Assembly (NCBI GenBank): GCA_041737595.1
Contig: JBGSRK010000010.1
Coordinates: forward strand, 126,244 to 190,243
Source: Patescibacteria group bacterium
Lineage (GTDB): Bacteria > Patescibacteriota > CPR2 > UBA1875
Reading direction: 5' to 3'
DNA length: 64,000 nt
Position numbers and translations under genes: made by a program. Below, in pieces: positions 20,958-32,655 of the stretch (the stretch's first letter is position 1; every line of letters starts with the position of its first letter). A model generated the notes under the pieces. The model had not been told where the DNA came from and made no database searches. It saw only the letters and a list, made by a program, of their open reading frames with translations.

Positions 20958-21050
20958 TGGCGGTGAGGGAGAGATTCGAACTCTCGCGCCGGATTACTCC
21001 GACCTACAGGTTTAGCAAACCCGCCCCTTCAGCCTCTTGGGTACCTCACC
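20958..21050 (-). tRNA. tRNA-Ser(GCT)
   Basis: GGTGAGGTACCCAAGAGGCTGAAGGGGCGGGTTTGCTAAACCTG..long variable arm..GTTCGAATCTCTCCCTCACCGCCA. Confidence 0.96.
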
Positions 21051-21192
21051 TCGTCAGCGTAAGCTGACGAGCTTCAAAATCTTTTTATAAAAAATTTCTA
21101 TGCTCTTTCGCTACGCTTCCTCTGCAGTTGAAATCGACAGATTTCAACTGGAAAGAAACAGCTTAAGCCATTTAAATCTCTTCCTTTAACTA

Positions 21193-21300
21193 ATATGGCG
21201 GGGTAAAGATTCCCCTTCGCTCCAACTCAGGGTCCGGGTCACTGCACACCGAAAGCTCCAGGTTTTCGCTTTCTCTCGCTCCCTTCGAATCCCCTTTATC
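21193..21300 (-). repeat. tRNA-3'-end-like structured element between the two tRNA-Ser genes
   Basis: Minus strand GGGGATTCGAAGGGAGCGAG...GAGCGAAGGGGAATCTTTACCCCGCCATAT; its end mimics the tRNA-Ser(TGA) end GAATCCCTCCCTCTCCGCCATAT. Confidence 0.55.
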
Positions 21301-21343
21301 TACAATTATTTTTACGTTCTAGACAAGCTAGATCGTAAAAATA

Positions 21344-21433
21344 TGGCGGAGAGGGAGGGATTCGAACCCCCGGTACCCTTGCGGGTACAACAGTTTTCAA
21401 GACTGCCGCAATCGACCACTCTGCCACCTCTCC
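21344..21433 (-). tRNA. tRNA-Ser(TGA)
   Basis: GGAGAGGTGGCAGAGTGGTCGATTGCGGCAGTCTTGAAAACTG..GTTCGAATCCCTCCCTCTCCGCCA. Confidence 0.96.
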
Positions 21434-21490
21434 AGGTCTAAAACTACAAAAGAGCTTGCTATCGCTCCTTTACTGATTAATCTGTTTTTC

Positions 21491-21566
21491 TGGTGAGCCC
21501 GGTGCGACTCGAACGCACGACCAATTGCTTAAAAGGCAACTGCTCTACCAACTGAGCTACGGGCCC
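21491..21566 (-). tRNA. tRNA-Lys(TTT)
   Basis: GGGCCCGTAGCTCAGTTGGTAGAGCAGTTGCCTTTTAAGCAATTGGTCGTGCGTTCGAGTCGCACCGGGCTCACCA. Confidence 0.96.
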
Positions 21567-21637
21567 GTAAAAAGCTTTTAGATTTTACATCAAAATGAAC
21601 CATTTTTCAAGACTACTATTTGTAGTATGATTGTAAT

Positions 21638-23251
21638 ATGCAGGAGGGTACACAAAAAGATATACGGTCAGTTGTTTCTTCATATAACCGAGATGAAATA
21701 GAGAAAGCGACTGAAGAACAAGCAAAGGAATTGAAGATTCCTTATTATGATGTTAGAAAATCTGAAATCGCAACCGATATTCTTTCATTAATAAATAAAG
21801 AAGAAGCTCAAAGAGGAGTTATTCCGATTATGTTGAAGAATAAATCTTTGAGTCTTGGAGTTACTGATGTTCGCGAAGATAAGATCCAAGATATTATTAG
21901 TTATTTAAAAAATAGTTTTAATATTAATAAAGTATTAATTTCTTGGGCATCTGTTAAAGATATTCTCCCAAGATACGATGGGTTAATAAAAAGAAATCTT
22001 GAAGAAAAAGAAGATTATGAGATCACCGCAACTGAAGGAATATTAACTTTTTCTGAATTAGAAAGCCAAATAAATTCTGCACCACTCCAAAATATTTTAA
22101 GCTTTATTGTTTCTTCGGCTATTTCTTCTAATGCCTCTGATATACACCTAGAACCTCAAAAAGAGGGGGCAAGAATTAGATTCCGAGTTGATGGAGTACT
22201 ACATGTTGTTGGTACTATGGGTGAGGAGAGATTTAAATATATTTTATCTCAAATAGAACTTTCTGGTGGGATGAAGCTTAATGTAGATGAAGCTCAAGAA
22301 GGAAGAATTGAGATAAAAATGGCTAAAAAAAATATCAGTGTTCGTATTGAAACAATGCCAACACTTTATGGCGATGATATTTCTTTGCGTATTTTTAATA
22401 CAGAGTCAACTTTGCTGAATCTTTCAGATTTAGGGTTATATGATTATAATTTAAAATTAATTAATAATTCACTAGCCAGACCCCAAGGAATGATTTTGGT
22501 TGTTGGACCAACTGGAGCAGGAAAAACCTCGACAATTTATGCGGTATTAAATGTACTAAATAAACCAGAAGTAAAAATTATTACCCTCGAAGACCCAATT
22601 GAATATGCTCTAACTGGAATTACTCAAAGTCAAATACATGAAGATGAGAGCTTTAATATAAGGCTTAAAGCTGTTTTAAGGGAAGACCCAGATATTGTTA
22701 TGGTTGGAGAAATTAGAGATGCTGAAACAGCCGATGTAGCACTCCACGCAGCATTAACTGGCCATGTTATGATATCAACCTTTCACGCCTACAACGCCGC
22801 AACAGCGGTTACATTACTCAGGGAGATTGCAACTAATGGAACATTACTAGCTTCTGCAATAAATTTAATAATTGCTCAGAGATTAGTTAGAAGAATTTGT
22901 GAAAAATGTAAAATAGAAAAAAAATTGACTGAAAAAGAATACCAATATGCTGCAGATTTGTTTGATGAAATACCTGATGAAATAAAAGGTGAAAGAAAAT
23001 TATCATTCTTTGAGGGCAAAGGTTGTGAAGAATGTAAGGGGATCGGATATAAAGGTAGAATTGCTATTCATGAAATGCTACAAATGAATGTTGAATTTCA
23101 AAAAGTTGTCGCAAGAGAAGATATAACTGTTAGTGAAATCCAAGAAGCGGCAAAAAAATCTGGAATGGTTACTATGGAACAAGATGGGCTCTTAAAAGCA
23201 ATTGATGGGATTACATCACTTTCAGAAGTAATGAAGGCAATAAAAGAATAA
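21638..23251 (+). CDS. pilB: Type IV pilus/T2SS assembly ATPase (PilB/GspE family)
   Basis: ASDIHLEP, RFRVDGVL, GPTGAGKTST, TLEDPIEY, LREDPDIVMVGEIRD, AALTGH, tetracysteine CEKC/CEEC. Confidence 0.92.
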   Translation: MQEGTQKDIRSVVSSYNRDEIEKATEEQAKELKIPYYDVRKSEIATDILSLINKEEAQRGVIPIMLKNKSLSLGVTDVREDKIQDIISYLKNSFNINKVLISWASVKDILPRYDGLIKRNLEEKEDYEITATEGILTFSELESQINSAPLQNILSFIVSSAISSNASDIHLEPQKEGARIRFRVDGVLHVVGTMGEERFKYILSQIELSGGMKLNVDEAQEGRIEIKMAKKNISVRIETMPTLYGDDISLRIFNTESTLLNLSDLGLYDYNLKLINNSLARPQGMILVVGPTGAGKTSTIYAVLNVLNKPEVKIITLEDPIEYALTGITQSQIHEDESFNIRLKAVLREDPDIVMVGEIRDAETADVALHAALTGHVMISTFHAYNAATAVTLLREIATNGTLLASAINLIIAQRLVRRICEKCKIEKKLTEKEYQYAADLFDEIPDEIKGERKLSFFEGKGCEECKGIGYKGRIAIHEMLQMNVEFQKVVAREDITVSEIQEAAKKSGMVTMEQDGLLKAIDGITSLSEVMKAIKE

Positions 23252-23252
23252 G

Positions 23253-24362
23253 TTAAAACCAACTTTTGTCTGATTCAAATTCCTCAAGAAGTTTTTTCTG
23301 TTTCCCGGAAAGTTTTGAGGGAGTTTCTACAATAACAGTTACAAAATGATCTCCCTTTCTTGATGAATGGAGCTTTGGAAGCCCTCTTTCTGTTAATTTA
23401 AATACTTTCCCAGATTGTGTCCCCGAAGGGATCTTTAGCGATATATCGCCATGGACAGTCTCTACCTCTATAGTTGTCCCAAGAGCTGCTTGGGGGAAAG
23501 ATATTTTACTTTCTGAAAAGATATTTGAACCATCTCTGTGAAATTTATGATCAGATTTAATATGTATTGAAAGGTAAAGATCGCCTGAAGGGACACCAGA
23601 AGGTCCTGCTTCACCATAACCCTCCATTCTTATTGTTTGACCGTCATCTATCCCTGCAGGAATTTTTACTTTGATAGATTTTCTGTCTTTAATTCGTCCC
23701 TCTCCACTACATTTACTACACGGTTTTTCAGGAACTTTCCCTGTTCCATTACAAGTTTCACAAATAGAAGCCTGGGCAAAAGTCCCAAACATAGTGTGTT
23801 GTTCACGTCTTACCTGTCCGGATCCATTACATGTTGAACAAGTTTTTTTACTCGTACCCGGTTCTGCACCACTCCCATTACATTTGTCGCAGGTATTATA
23901 TTTATCAAGAGTTATTTCACGTTCAACCCCATTTACAACATCAGAGAATTCAATTGAAATAGTTGCCTCAATGTCTGACCCCTTTTTAGGTTTTCTACTT
24001 TTTGATGATCCTCCAGTAAACATTTCAAAAATATCACCTATACCCCCAAGGTCATCAAAATTTACATTAAACCCTTGTTGATTAAACCCTTGTTGATATT
24101 GTCCGTAATCAAAACCACCTTGACCACCGCCACCCATCCTTGAACCGGCATGACCAAATTGATCATACATTTTCTTTTTTTCTGGGTCAGAAAGTGTTTG
24201 ATATGCTTCATTAACTTCTTTAAATTTTGTCTCGTCTTCTTTACTACCACCTTTATCTGGATGATATTTTAATGCAAGCTTGCGATAAGCTTTTTTTATT
24301 TCATCTGTAGTGGCACTTTTAGAAAGACCCAACAGTTCGTAGTAATCTTTTTTTTCTGACAT
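23253..24362 (-). CDS. dnaJ: Chaperone DnaJ
   Basis: J-domain with HPD, G/F-rich region, four CxxCxGxG repeats. Confidence 0.98.
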   Translation of the reverse strand: MSEKKDYYELLGLSKSATTDEIKKAYRKLALKYHPDKGGSKEDETKFKEVNEAYQTLSDPEKKKMYDQFGHAGSRMGGGGQGGFDYGQYQQGFNQQGFNVNFDDLGGIGDIFEMFTGGSSKSRKPKKGSDIEATISIEFSDVVNGVEREITLDKYNTCDKCNGSGAEPGTSKKTCSTCNGSGQVRREQHTMFGTFAQASICETCNGTGKVPEKPCSKCSGEGRIKDRKSIKVKIPAGIDDGQTIRMEGYGEAGPSGVPSGDLYLSIHIKSDHKFHRDGSNIFSESKISFPQAALGTTIEVETVHGDISLKIPSGTQSGKVFKLTERGLPKLHSSRKGDHFVTVIVETPSKLSGKQKKLLEEFESDKSWF

Positions 24363-24373
24363 TTTTTCTTTCA

Positions 24374-24412
24374 AAGGGTTGGGCCATTAATTAGATTAAT
24401 AACCCAACCCTT
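24374..24412 (-). terminator. Stem-loop between dnaK and dnaJ (attenuator or mRNA stabiliser)
   Basis: AAGGGTTGGG...CCCAACCCTT, 10-bp arms. Confidence 0.6.
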
Positions 24413-24422
24413 ATTTTAAGTT

Positions 24423-26815
<2,393 letters not shown>

Positions 26816-26823
<8 letters not shown>

Positions 26824-27520
26824 TAATTTCCTCCAAAATTTTTCTTAATTCTTTTACTGCTGCAATTGTTCTTGGATAACTCATTCTCATTGGTCCAATT
26901 ACTCCTAAATAACCATTATTCCCAAAAGGTGTTCTAAATTGAGAAACTACGAGTGAACATTCTGCTGATTTCCCTATTGGTGATTCTGAACCAATATATA
27001 TTTGGGTGTCAAAATTACCGGGCAGTTCTTCTATTAAGTGATCCAGGTTATCAATAATCTCTGCCGCACCTAAGACTTTATCAGAAGTTAAAAATTCTTT
27101 TTGCGAAAATAAATTACCAAGCCCATGAGAGAATATTTCGCCCTGAAAACCAACAAATGCTGTATTTTCGGTTAAATTTGAAAGAATTTGAGAGGCTACT
27201 TCAAGCTGTTTTTCATATCTGTCACCTCTAGAAAAAATCCCTTTTCTAGAAACGGTGCTTTCTGGAGCTAAAAGTGCTTTTTCTTCTTCTATCATGTTTA
27301 CAAAGTACCGATAGCCAGTTTCGGTTGGGATTCTTCCCGCCGAAGTGTGGGGGTGCATAAGATATCCCATTCTTTCTAGCTCAGCCATTTCTGCTCTTAC
27401 TGTTGCTGCTGAAAAAGGGAATTGATATTTATCAACAACAATCGTCGACCCTACAGGAATACTTGTATCTGTATATTCCCTTACTATGGCATCTAATATT
27501 GCTTCCTTTCGACTATCCAT
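26816..27520 (-). CDS. hrcA: Heat-inducible repressor HrcA (short form)
   Basis: ILDAIVREY..PVGS, SAATVRAEMAELE..GYL..PHTSAGRIPT..GYRYFV, GVIGPMRMSY. Confidence 0.95.
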
Positions 27521-27529
27521 TTGTTCTCC

Positions 27530-27556
27530 TTAGCACTCTTGATGTTTGAGTGCTAA
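27530..27556. promoter_or_regulatory. CIRCE element (HrcA operator)
   Basis: Perfect TTAGCACTC-N9-GAGTGCTAA just upstream of hrcA. Confidence 0.98.
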
Positions 27557-27559
27557 TAT

Positions 27560-27589
27560 AATATATCAAATCTTTAATATAGCTGTCAA
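27560..27589 (-). promoter_or_regulatory. sigma70 promoter of the hrcA operon
   Basis: Minus strand TTGACA-N18-TATATT directly upstream of CIRCE. Confidence 0.7.
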
Positions 27590-27673
27590 TAACTTTTTTT
27601 AATGTTTCCAATTGTATTTTTCTTCATTTAAACTTAAAATTTATATAGAACTGTATAGTAAGGGAGGGTCAAA

Positions 27674-28036
27674 TTGTCAAAAGCACTTATTATCTCCTCT
27701 GATGAAGGGGCCAGATATCTTTATCAAGTTGTAATTTCTTATCAAAAAATATCTGTTATAACAGCTGATTCTATTGCAAAAGGGATTAAAACAGTAGAAA
27801 AAGATGTTCCAGATATTATTATTTTAGATATTATGGTTTCAGATTTTAAAGATGTGGGACTATTAAAAGATTTAAAAGAAAAATTAGGGTCAATGCCACT
27901 AGTTATCATGGCTGATATTAAAAGTTCATCAAGTAAAAAGGAAGTTTCAATTCTTGGTGCGATAAAATATATGGTTAAAGGAGAAAGTTCACTTAGTGAT
28001 CTAATTAAAACCGTTAGAAAAGTAGTTAATAAATAG
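27674..28036 (+). CDS. Single-domain response regulator (atypical receiver)
   Basis: PDIIILDIM phospho-Asp and GA..Y.VK present; acidic pocket is SSD and the beta4 Thr/Ser is replaced by Ala. Confidence 0.8.
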   Translation: MSKALIISSDEGARYLYQVVISYQKISVITADSIAKGIKTVEKDVPDIIILDIMVSDFKDVGLLKDLKEKLGSMPLVIMADIKSSSSKKEVSILGAIKYMVKGESSLSDLIKTVRKVVNK

Positions 28037-28051
28037 TTATATGGAGGGGTT

Positions 28052-29677
28052 TTGGAACGTAAAGGGTTTTTAACTGACTATAAAAGAATCCAAGTAATAT
28101 CTGGGCTTGCTGCTCTTTCTGGGGCAATTATGACTCTTATTATTCTGTTTTTTTTACCAATAAATTATATTGATAAAAGAAATATTATTATTATTGTTGT
28201 CTCAGTAATAATTTTTGTAGCAATATTTTATACAATTCCAGCTTTATATTTAAATAAAAAACTTTCTATGGTTTCTGATCTTTTTTATATTTTAGCTATT
28301 ACTTTAGTCATGAAAAATATTGGCGATTATGGATATATATATTTTACTTTTTATATGATATTGGCCGCGGTGGATGCATTTATTTTCCCTGCTTATCAAT
28401 ACGCTATTTTAATATCTGCAATGTGTGTTGGAATACTTGTAGCAAATATTAGCCCTGATTTCATTATTCAAAATCAAATTATTTATCAAATATACGGAGT
28501 TTTAACTCTTTCTATTATATTAAGATTAATTGCTCGGGATGCATTACTCATAAAAGAAAGAAAAGAAGTACTTGAAACAGATATTACCGAGCTTGAAAAT
28601 GACAAAAGAGAAATAAGAATATTACTCGGATCTTTAGCAGAAGGGATGTTTATTGTCGATGAAAAAAATAAGATTACTTTTTTTAATAAATCAGCTTTGG
28701 AAATATTAAATGTAATTGCTCCAGAAGATAAAATTATTAGTAGAGATATTAATGATATTTTAAAAACAGTTGGACCAAATGGTCCAGAATCTGTAACAAA
28801 AGACCCTTTTGGAAAACTTGAGCCATCAAGAAGAAATGATTTTAGAATTATATTTCCAGATAGAGTTGTGAAGCTCCATACAAATGTCAGCCCAGTTATT
28901 GGAGAAAGGGGTGAAGTTTCCGGAGCAATAATATTTTTTAGAGACATAACGAAAGAAAAAAACCTCGAAGAGCAACGTGCAGAATTTAACGCCATTGCTT
29001 CACACGAGTTAAGGTCTCCACTTTCTGTAATTGAAGGTTATTTATTCTTCTTATTAGACCCTGCATCAAAAGCAAAATATGACAATGTTACTCGTGGCTA
29101 TATTGAAAAAGCTCATGATGCCTCTAGAGAATTGATTCAATTAATTACTGATGTTTTAACGGTGGTTAAGGCAGAAAATAATGAACTTGAATTAAATATT
29201 TCAGACGTAGATGTAAAAAAAATAATAGAAAAATCAAAAAAAGAATACGAGAAACAAGCAGAAATAAAAAAAATAAAATTAGAACTAGTTTTAGCGGTTA
29301 AAAATATCCCAATAATAAAATCAGATGATATAAAGATAAAAGAAATAGCCAATAATTTAATTGGAAATGCTCTTAAGTTTACAGAAAAAGGATCTGTTAC
29401 TATTGAGATTGGCATGTTGGAAAATGAAATAATTATTTCTGTTACAGATACTGGCCCCGGTATTTCAAAAGAAGATCAAGCGCTTGTTTTTAAAAAGTTT
29501 TTCCGATCAGAAGACTGGAAAACAAGAAAAACTGGTGGAACTGGGCTTGGTTTATACATTGTAAAGACACTCACTGAAAGATTGGGAGGACGAGCTGGAC
29601 TTCAATCTGTTGTAGATAAGGGTTCAAAGTTTTATTTTACTTTACCCCTTGAATTAAATAATAAAGAGAAGAAATAA
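28052..29677 (+). CDS. Membrane-bound PAS sensor histidine kinase
   Basis: About 5-6 TM helices, PAS (LAEGMFIVDE..FFN), H-box ASHELRSPL, N-box NLIGNALKFT, G1 DTGPGI, G2 GGTGLGL. Confidence 0.93.
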   Translation: MERKGFLTDYKRIQVISGLAALSGAIMTLIILFFLPINYIDKRNIIIIVVSVIIFVAIFYTIPALYLNKKLSMVSDLFYILAITLVMKNIGDYGYIYFTFYMILAAVDAFIFPAYQYAILISAMCVGILVANISPDFIIQNQIIYQIYGVLTLSIILRLIARDALLIKERKEVLETDITELENDKREIRILLGSLAEGMFIVDEKNKITFFNKSALEILNVIAPEDKIISRDINDILKTVGPNGPESVTKDPFGKLEPSRRNDFRIIFPDRVVKLHTNVSPVIGERGEVSGAIIFFRDITKEKNLEEQRAEFNAIASHELRSPLSVIEGYLFFLLDPASKAKYDNVTRGYIEKAHDASRELIQLITDVLTVVKAENNELELNISDVDVKKIIEKSKKEYEKQAEIKKIKLELVLAVKNIPIIKSDDIKIKEIANNLIGNALKFTEKGSVTIEIGMLENEIIISVTDTGPGISKEDQALVFKKFFRSEDWKTRKTGGTGLGLYIVKTLTERLGGRAGLQSVVDKGSKFYFTLPLELNNKEKK

Positions 29678-29731
29678 ATTTATTTTAGATATGTATTCGC
29701 TTTGCTATACTAATATGACAAGGGAGGGAAG

Positions 29732-30100
29732 ATGAAACCAACAATTTTAGTAGTCGATGATGACACAAATCTTACCGGGTTATATGAAGCTGCTCTTTCG
29801 GCTAGAGGTTACCGAGTAGTAGTTTGTAATAATGGGGAAACCGCCCTTGATTTAGCTGAAAAAGAAAATCCAGATTTAATTCTCTTAGATATTATGATGC
29901 CCGCTATTCATGGTTTACATGTACTTGATATATTAAAAGCAACTCCTCAAACCGAGGATTCAAAAGTAATTATGTTAACTGCACTTGGAGACGAAGCAAC
30001 AAAAGAAAAAGCACTTGCAACGGGGGCCATTGATTATATTGTAAAATCAGACAGCAGTATGGCAGATATTTTAAATAGAATTCAAAAGGCGTTAGATTAA
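29732..30100 (+). CDS. Single-domain (CheY-like) response regulator
   Basis: ILVVDDD, PDLILLDIMMP, VIMLTA, GAIDYIVK. Confidence 0.93.
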   Translation: MKPTILVVDDDTNLTGLYEAALSARGYRVVVCNNGETALDLAEKENPDLILLDIMMPAIHGLHVLDILKATPQTEDSKVIMLTALGDEATKEKALATGAIDYIVKSDSSMADILNRIQKALD

Positions 30101-31083
30101 TGGCAAAAGTAATTTTTGAAAATAATTTGAAAGAGCTAGCACTCTCACTTAGTAAAGATGCTAAGGTTTTTGCTCCTGTTAAGACTCATCCAAATTCCAC
30201 TTATAGCCAATATTCTTTTGTTGAATTCTCAAAAGAGATGGAACTTGTAATTGATTATCCAACAACTAATTTGCCTCCCAAAGAATTTTTGCTGCCCCCA
30301 AAAGATATCTTATTTACATATAGCAATGGGCAATCACAATCTCCAGTAATAGAAAAAAAAGTTATTTTTGGCCTTTCATATGAAGATCTTTATGGAGTAG
30401 AAAAGCTAACAAAGTTATTTTCATCTCCAATAAAAGATGATCATTTTCTAGAAATCAAAGATTCTACATTAATTATTGGAGCCGATCATTTTTCGCCTCC
30501 AAAAAGTCTTAATTTTGACCTTTATCTCCAAAAAATTAACTCAGAGATATATGTTGGACATGCTGGAACAAAAAAAGGTAGCCAAATATTAAAAAATTCT
30601 TTGTTTAAAAATCAAGAAATTAAAATTCCAAAAGTTTCAAAGAAAAAAGACTTACTTCTTTCAAACCCAGATCTCCCAAAAATTATCATGAAATCTAAGG
30701 ATCATCCAGTTTGGAATGATTTAGCAAAAATATGTTTGGGCTGTGGAATTTGTAGTTATGTTTGTCCTCTTTGTTACTGTTTTGAGATTGATGACGAAAT
30801 TGATATAACCAAAGATGATATTTGTTCTACAAAATGTAGAACTTGGGATTCGTGTATGTTAAATTCTTTTGCAGAAACAAATGCTGGTAATTTTCGAGGA
30901 GAACTTTCTGAACGAATTTATAATTGGTATTTTCATAAATTTGTAAGAATGCCAAAAGAATATGGGTTTAGCGGTTGTGTTGATTGTAACCGATGTGTTA
31001 TTTTTTGCCCTGCAAAAATAAATTATAGAAACACGCTTATGAGACTCGTTAAAGATTGGGAATCAAAAAATGAAAGATCATAA
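30100..31083 (+). CDS. hydB: Group 3b hydrogenase/sulfhydrogenase beta subunit (4Fe-4S dicluster, AsrA-like)
   Basis: PPKEFLLP, CLGCGICSYVCPLCYCF, RTWDSC, GCVDCNRCVIFCP. Confidence 0.88.
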   Translation: MAKVIFENNLKELALSLSKDAKVFAPVKTHPNSTYSQYSFVEFSKEMELVIDYPTTNLPPKEFLLPPKDILFTYSNGQSQSPVIEKKVIFGLSYEDLYGVEKLTKLFSSPIKDDHFLEIKDSTLIIGADHFSPPKSLNFDLYLQKINSEIYVGHAGTKKGSQILKNSLFKNQEIKIPKVSKKKDLLLSNPDLPKIIMKSKDHPVWNDLAKICLGCGICSYVCPLCYCFEIDDEIDITKDDICSTKCRTWDSCMLNSFAETNAGNFRGELSERIYNWYFHKFVRMPKEYGFSGCVDCNRCVIFCPAKINYRNTLMRLVKDWESKNERS

Positions 31084-31882
31084 TTATATCCCTCAAAAAG
31101 CAAAGGTTGTTGAGAGAGAAAGTCTTTCACCTGATTGTTTAGGATTAAAAATTAGATTCCCAAAAAATTATCAATTTAACTTCCACCCGGGCCAATTTGT
31201 AATGGTTTCTGTTCCCGGTTTTTCTGAAGTTCCAATAGGCATTACTACGGCCCCAGATAAAAATGATTTTGAAATCGGTGTAAGATCAGCTGGGACGGTT
31301 ACTAAAAAGATTGTATCTCTTATGGTTGGAGATGATATATATATTAATGGCCCTTTTGGGAATGGATTTCCATTACAAAAAATGAAGGGTAAAAATATTG
31401 TAATTATTGCAGCGGGCATTGGTATATTCCCACTTAGATCGCTAATCAGATATTTAGGTAATAATAAAAAAATATTCAAATCTTTAACTATATTTGTTGG
31501 TTCAAAATGTCCAGAAAGTCTAATATATAAAAAAGAATATAAAGAATGGGAAAAATTTGCAAAAGTTTATACTACCGTTGATAGTTGTGGCCCAACATGG
31601 GACGGCTGTATTGGAAATATTACTACACTCTTTGATAAAAATAAGATTAATAAAGGTTCATTAATGATTGCGTGTGGTCCTCCTATTATTTATAAATCAA
31701 TTATTAATCGTTATGTTGGTAAATCTATTGCAGAAAATGATTTATATTTCATGCTTGAGCGTAAAATGAAATGTGGAGTTGGGAAATGCCAACACTGTAC
31801 CTGTGGAGAATTATATGTTTGTACAGACGGCCCAGTTTTTTCTTATGACCAAATCAAATATAATACCGAGGCATTATCATGA
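31070..31882 (+). CDS. hydG: Hydrogenase gamma subunit (FAD/NAD(P)-binding, 2Fe-2S; AsrB-like)
   Basis: PGQFVM, GPFGNGF, AAGIGIFPLRS, CGPP, LERKMKCGVGKCQHC..VCTDGPVF. Confidence 0.9.
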   Translation: MKDHNYIPQKAKVVERESLSPDCLGLKIRFPKNYQFNFHPGQFVMVSVPGFSEVPIGITTAPDKNDFEIGVRSAGTVTKKIVSLMVGDDIYINGPFGNGFPLQKMKGKNIVIIAAGIGIFPLRSLIRYLGNNKKIFKSLTIFVGSKCPESLIYKKEYKEWEKFAKVYTTVDSCGPTWDGCIGNITTLFDKNKINKGSLMIACGPPIIYKSIINRYVGKSIAENDLYFMLERKMKCGVGKCQHCTCGELYVCTDGPVFSYDQIKYNTEALS

Positions 31883-32655
31883 ATAAAGTAAAAATAGCAA
31901 TATTTGATTTAACAGACTGTGAAGGATGTGAATTACAGTTTATCGCGCTAAGAGAAAAATTGTTAAAAAGAGGTAATGATTTTGAGATAACAAACTGGAG
32001 ATTGGCAAATGAAATTAATTCTAATGGTCCATTTGATGTTACTTTTATTGAGGGTTCCCCGATAGCAGAAACAGACATTGAGACATTAAAACAAGCAAGA
32101 AAAATGTCAAAGATTATTATTACTCTGGGAGCTTGCGCCGATCTTGGTGGTATGCAATCAGCTCTTCTAGAAAAAAAGAGAGAAAGAGACCTATTAGAAG
32201 TTTATGGTCCTAAATATAAAACAAATTCACTCCCTCCAAAGCCTGTTTCTTATTATGTTGATGTGGATTTACATTTGCCCGGTTGCCCTGTCAACGAAGA
32301 AGAGCTTGAAAGGCTTCTTTCTTCACTTTTTATTGGCAAAAAGTTTTCGCCTAAAAATCATTCGGTTTGTCTCGACTGTAAGGTTGCTGGTAACCCTTGT
32401 TTATTTTTAGATGAAGGTTTTTGTTTGGGCCCCGTCACTCGAGGTGGATGCAAAGCTCCTTGCCCAGCCAATGGAATTCGTTGCTTTGGTTGTTTTGGTC
32501 CAATAGAGGCTGCTAATTTACCTGCTCTAAAAAGTGCGGGCGAAAAACATAATTCGGTTGAAAATATAGATAATACTTTAAGTTTGTTTTTTTCAAAGCA
32601 AGATGTGTATAAAGAATATAAAATATCACAGAAAAAGGGGAAAAATGTCTCATAA
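31879..32655 (+). CDS. hydD: [NiFe]-hydrogenase small (delta) subunit
   Basis: LTDCEGC, FIEGS, LGACADLGG, LPGCP, VCLDC, CLGPVTRGGCKAPCP..CFGCFG. Confidence 0.92.
   Translation: MNKVKIAIFDLTDCEGCELQFIALREKLLKRGNDFEITNWRLANEINSNGPFDVTFIEGSPIAETDIETLKQARKMSKIIITLGACADLGGMQSALLEKKRERDLLEVYGPKYKTNSLPPKPVSYYVDVDLHLPGCPVNEEELERLLSSLFIGKKFSPKNHSVCLDCKVAGNPCLFLDEGFCLGPVTRGGCKAPCPANGIRCFGCFGPIEAANLPALKSAGEKHNSVENIDNTLSLFFSKQDVYKEYKISQKKGKNVS

Noticed and set aside
21193-21300. SRP RNA or an additional intact tRNA
   Set aside because: No SRP domain IV motif (CAGG-GNRA-AGCA) and no D-arm/anticodon cloverleaf can be drawn.
21611-21630. GACTACTATTTGTAGTA upstream of pilB as a cassette-B-like site
   Set aside because: Only a short partial match with wrong spacing and no TGCT/AGTG ends; it overlaps a plausible -10 region.
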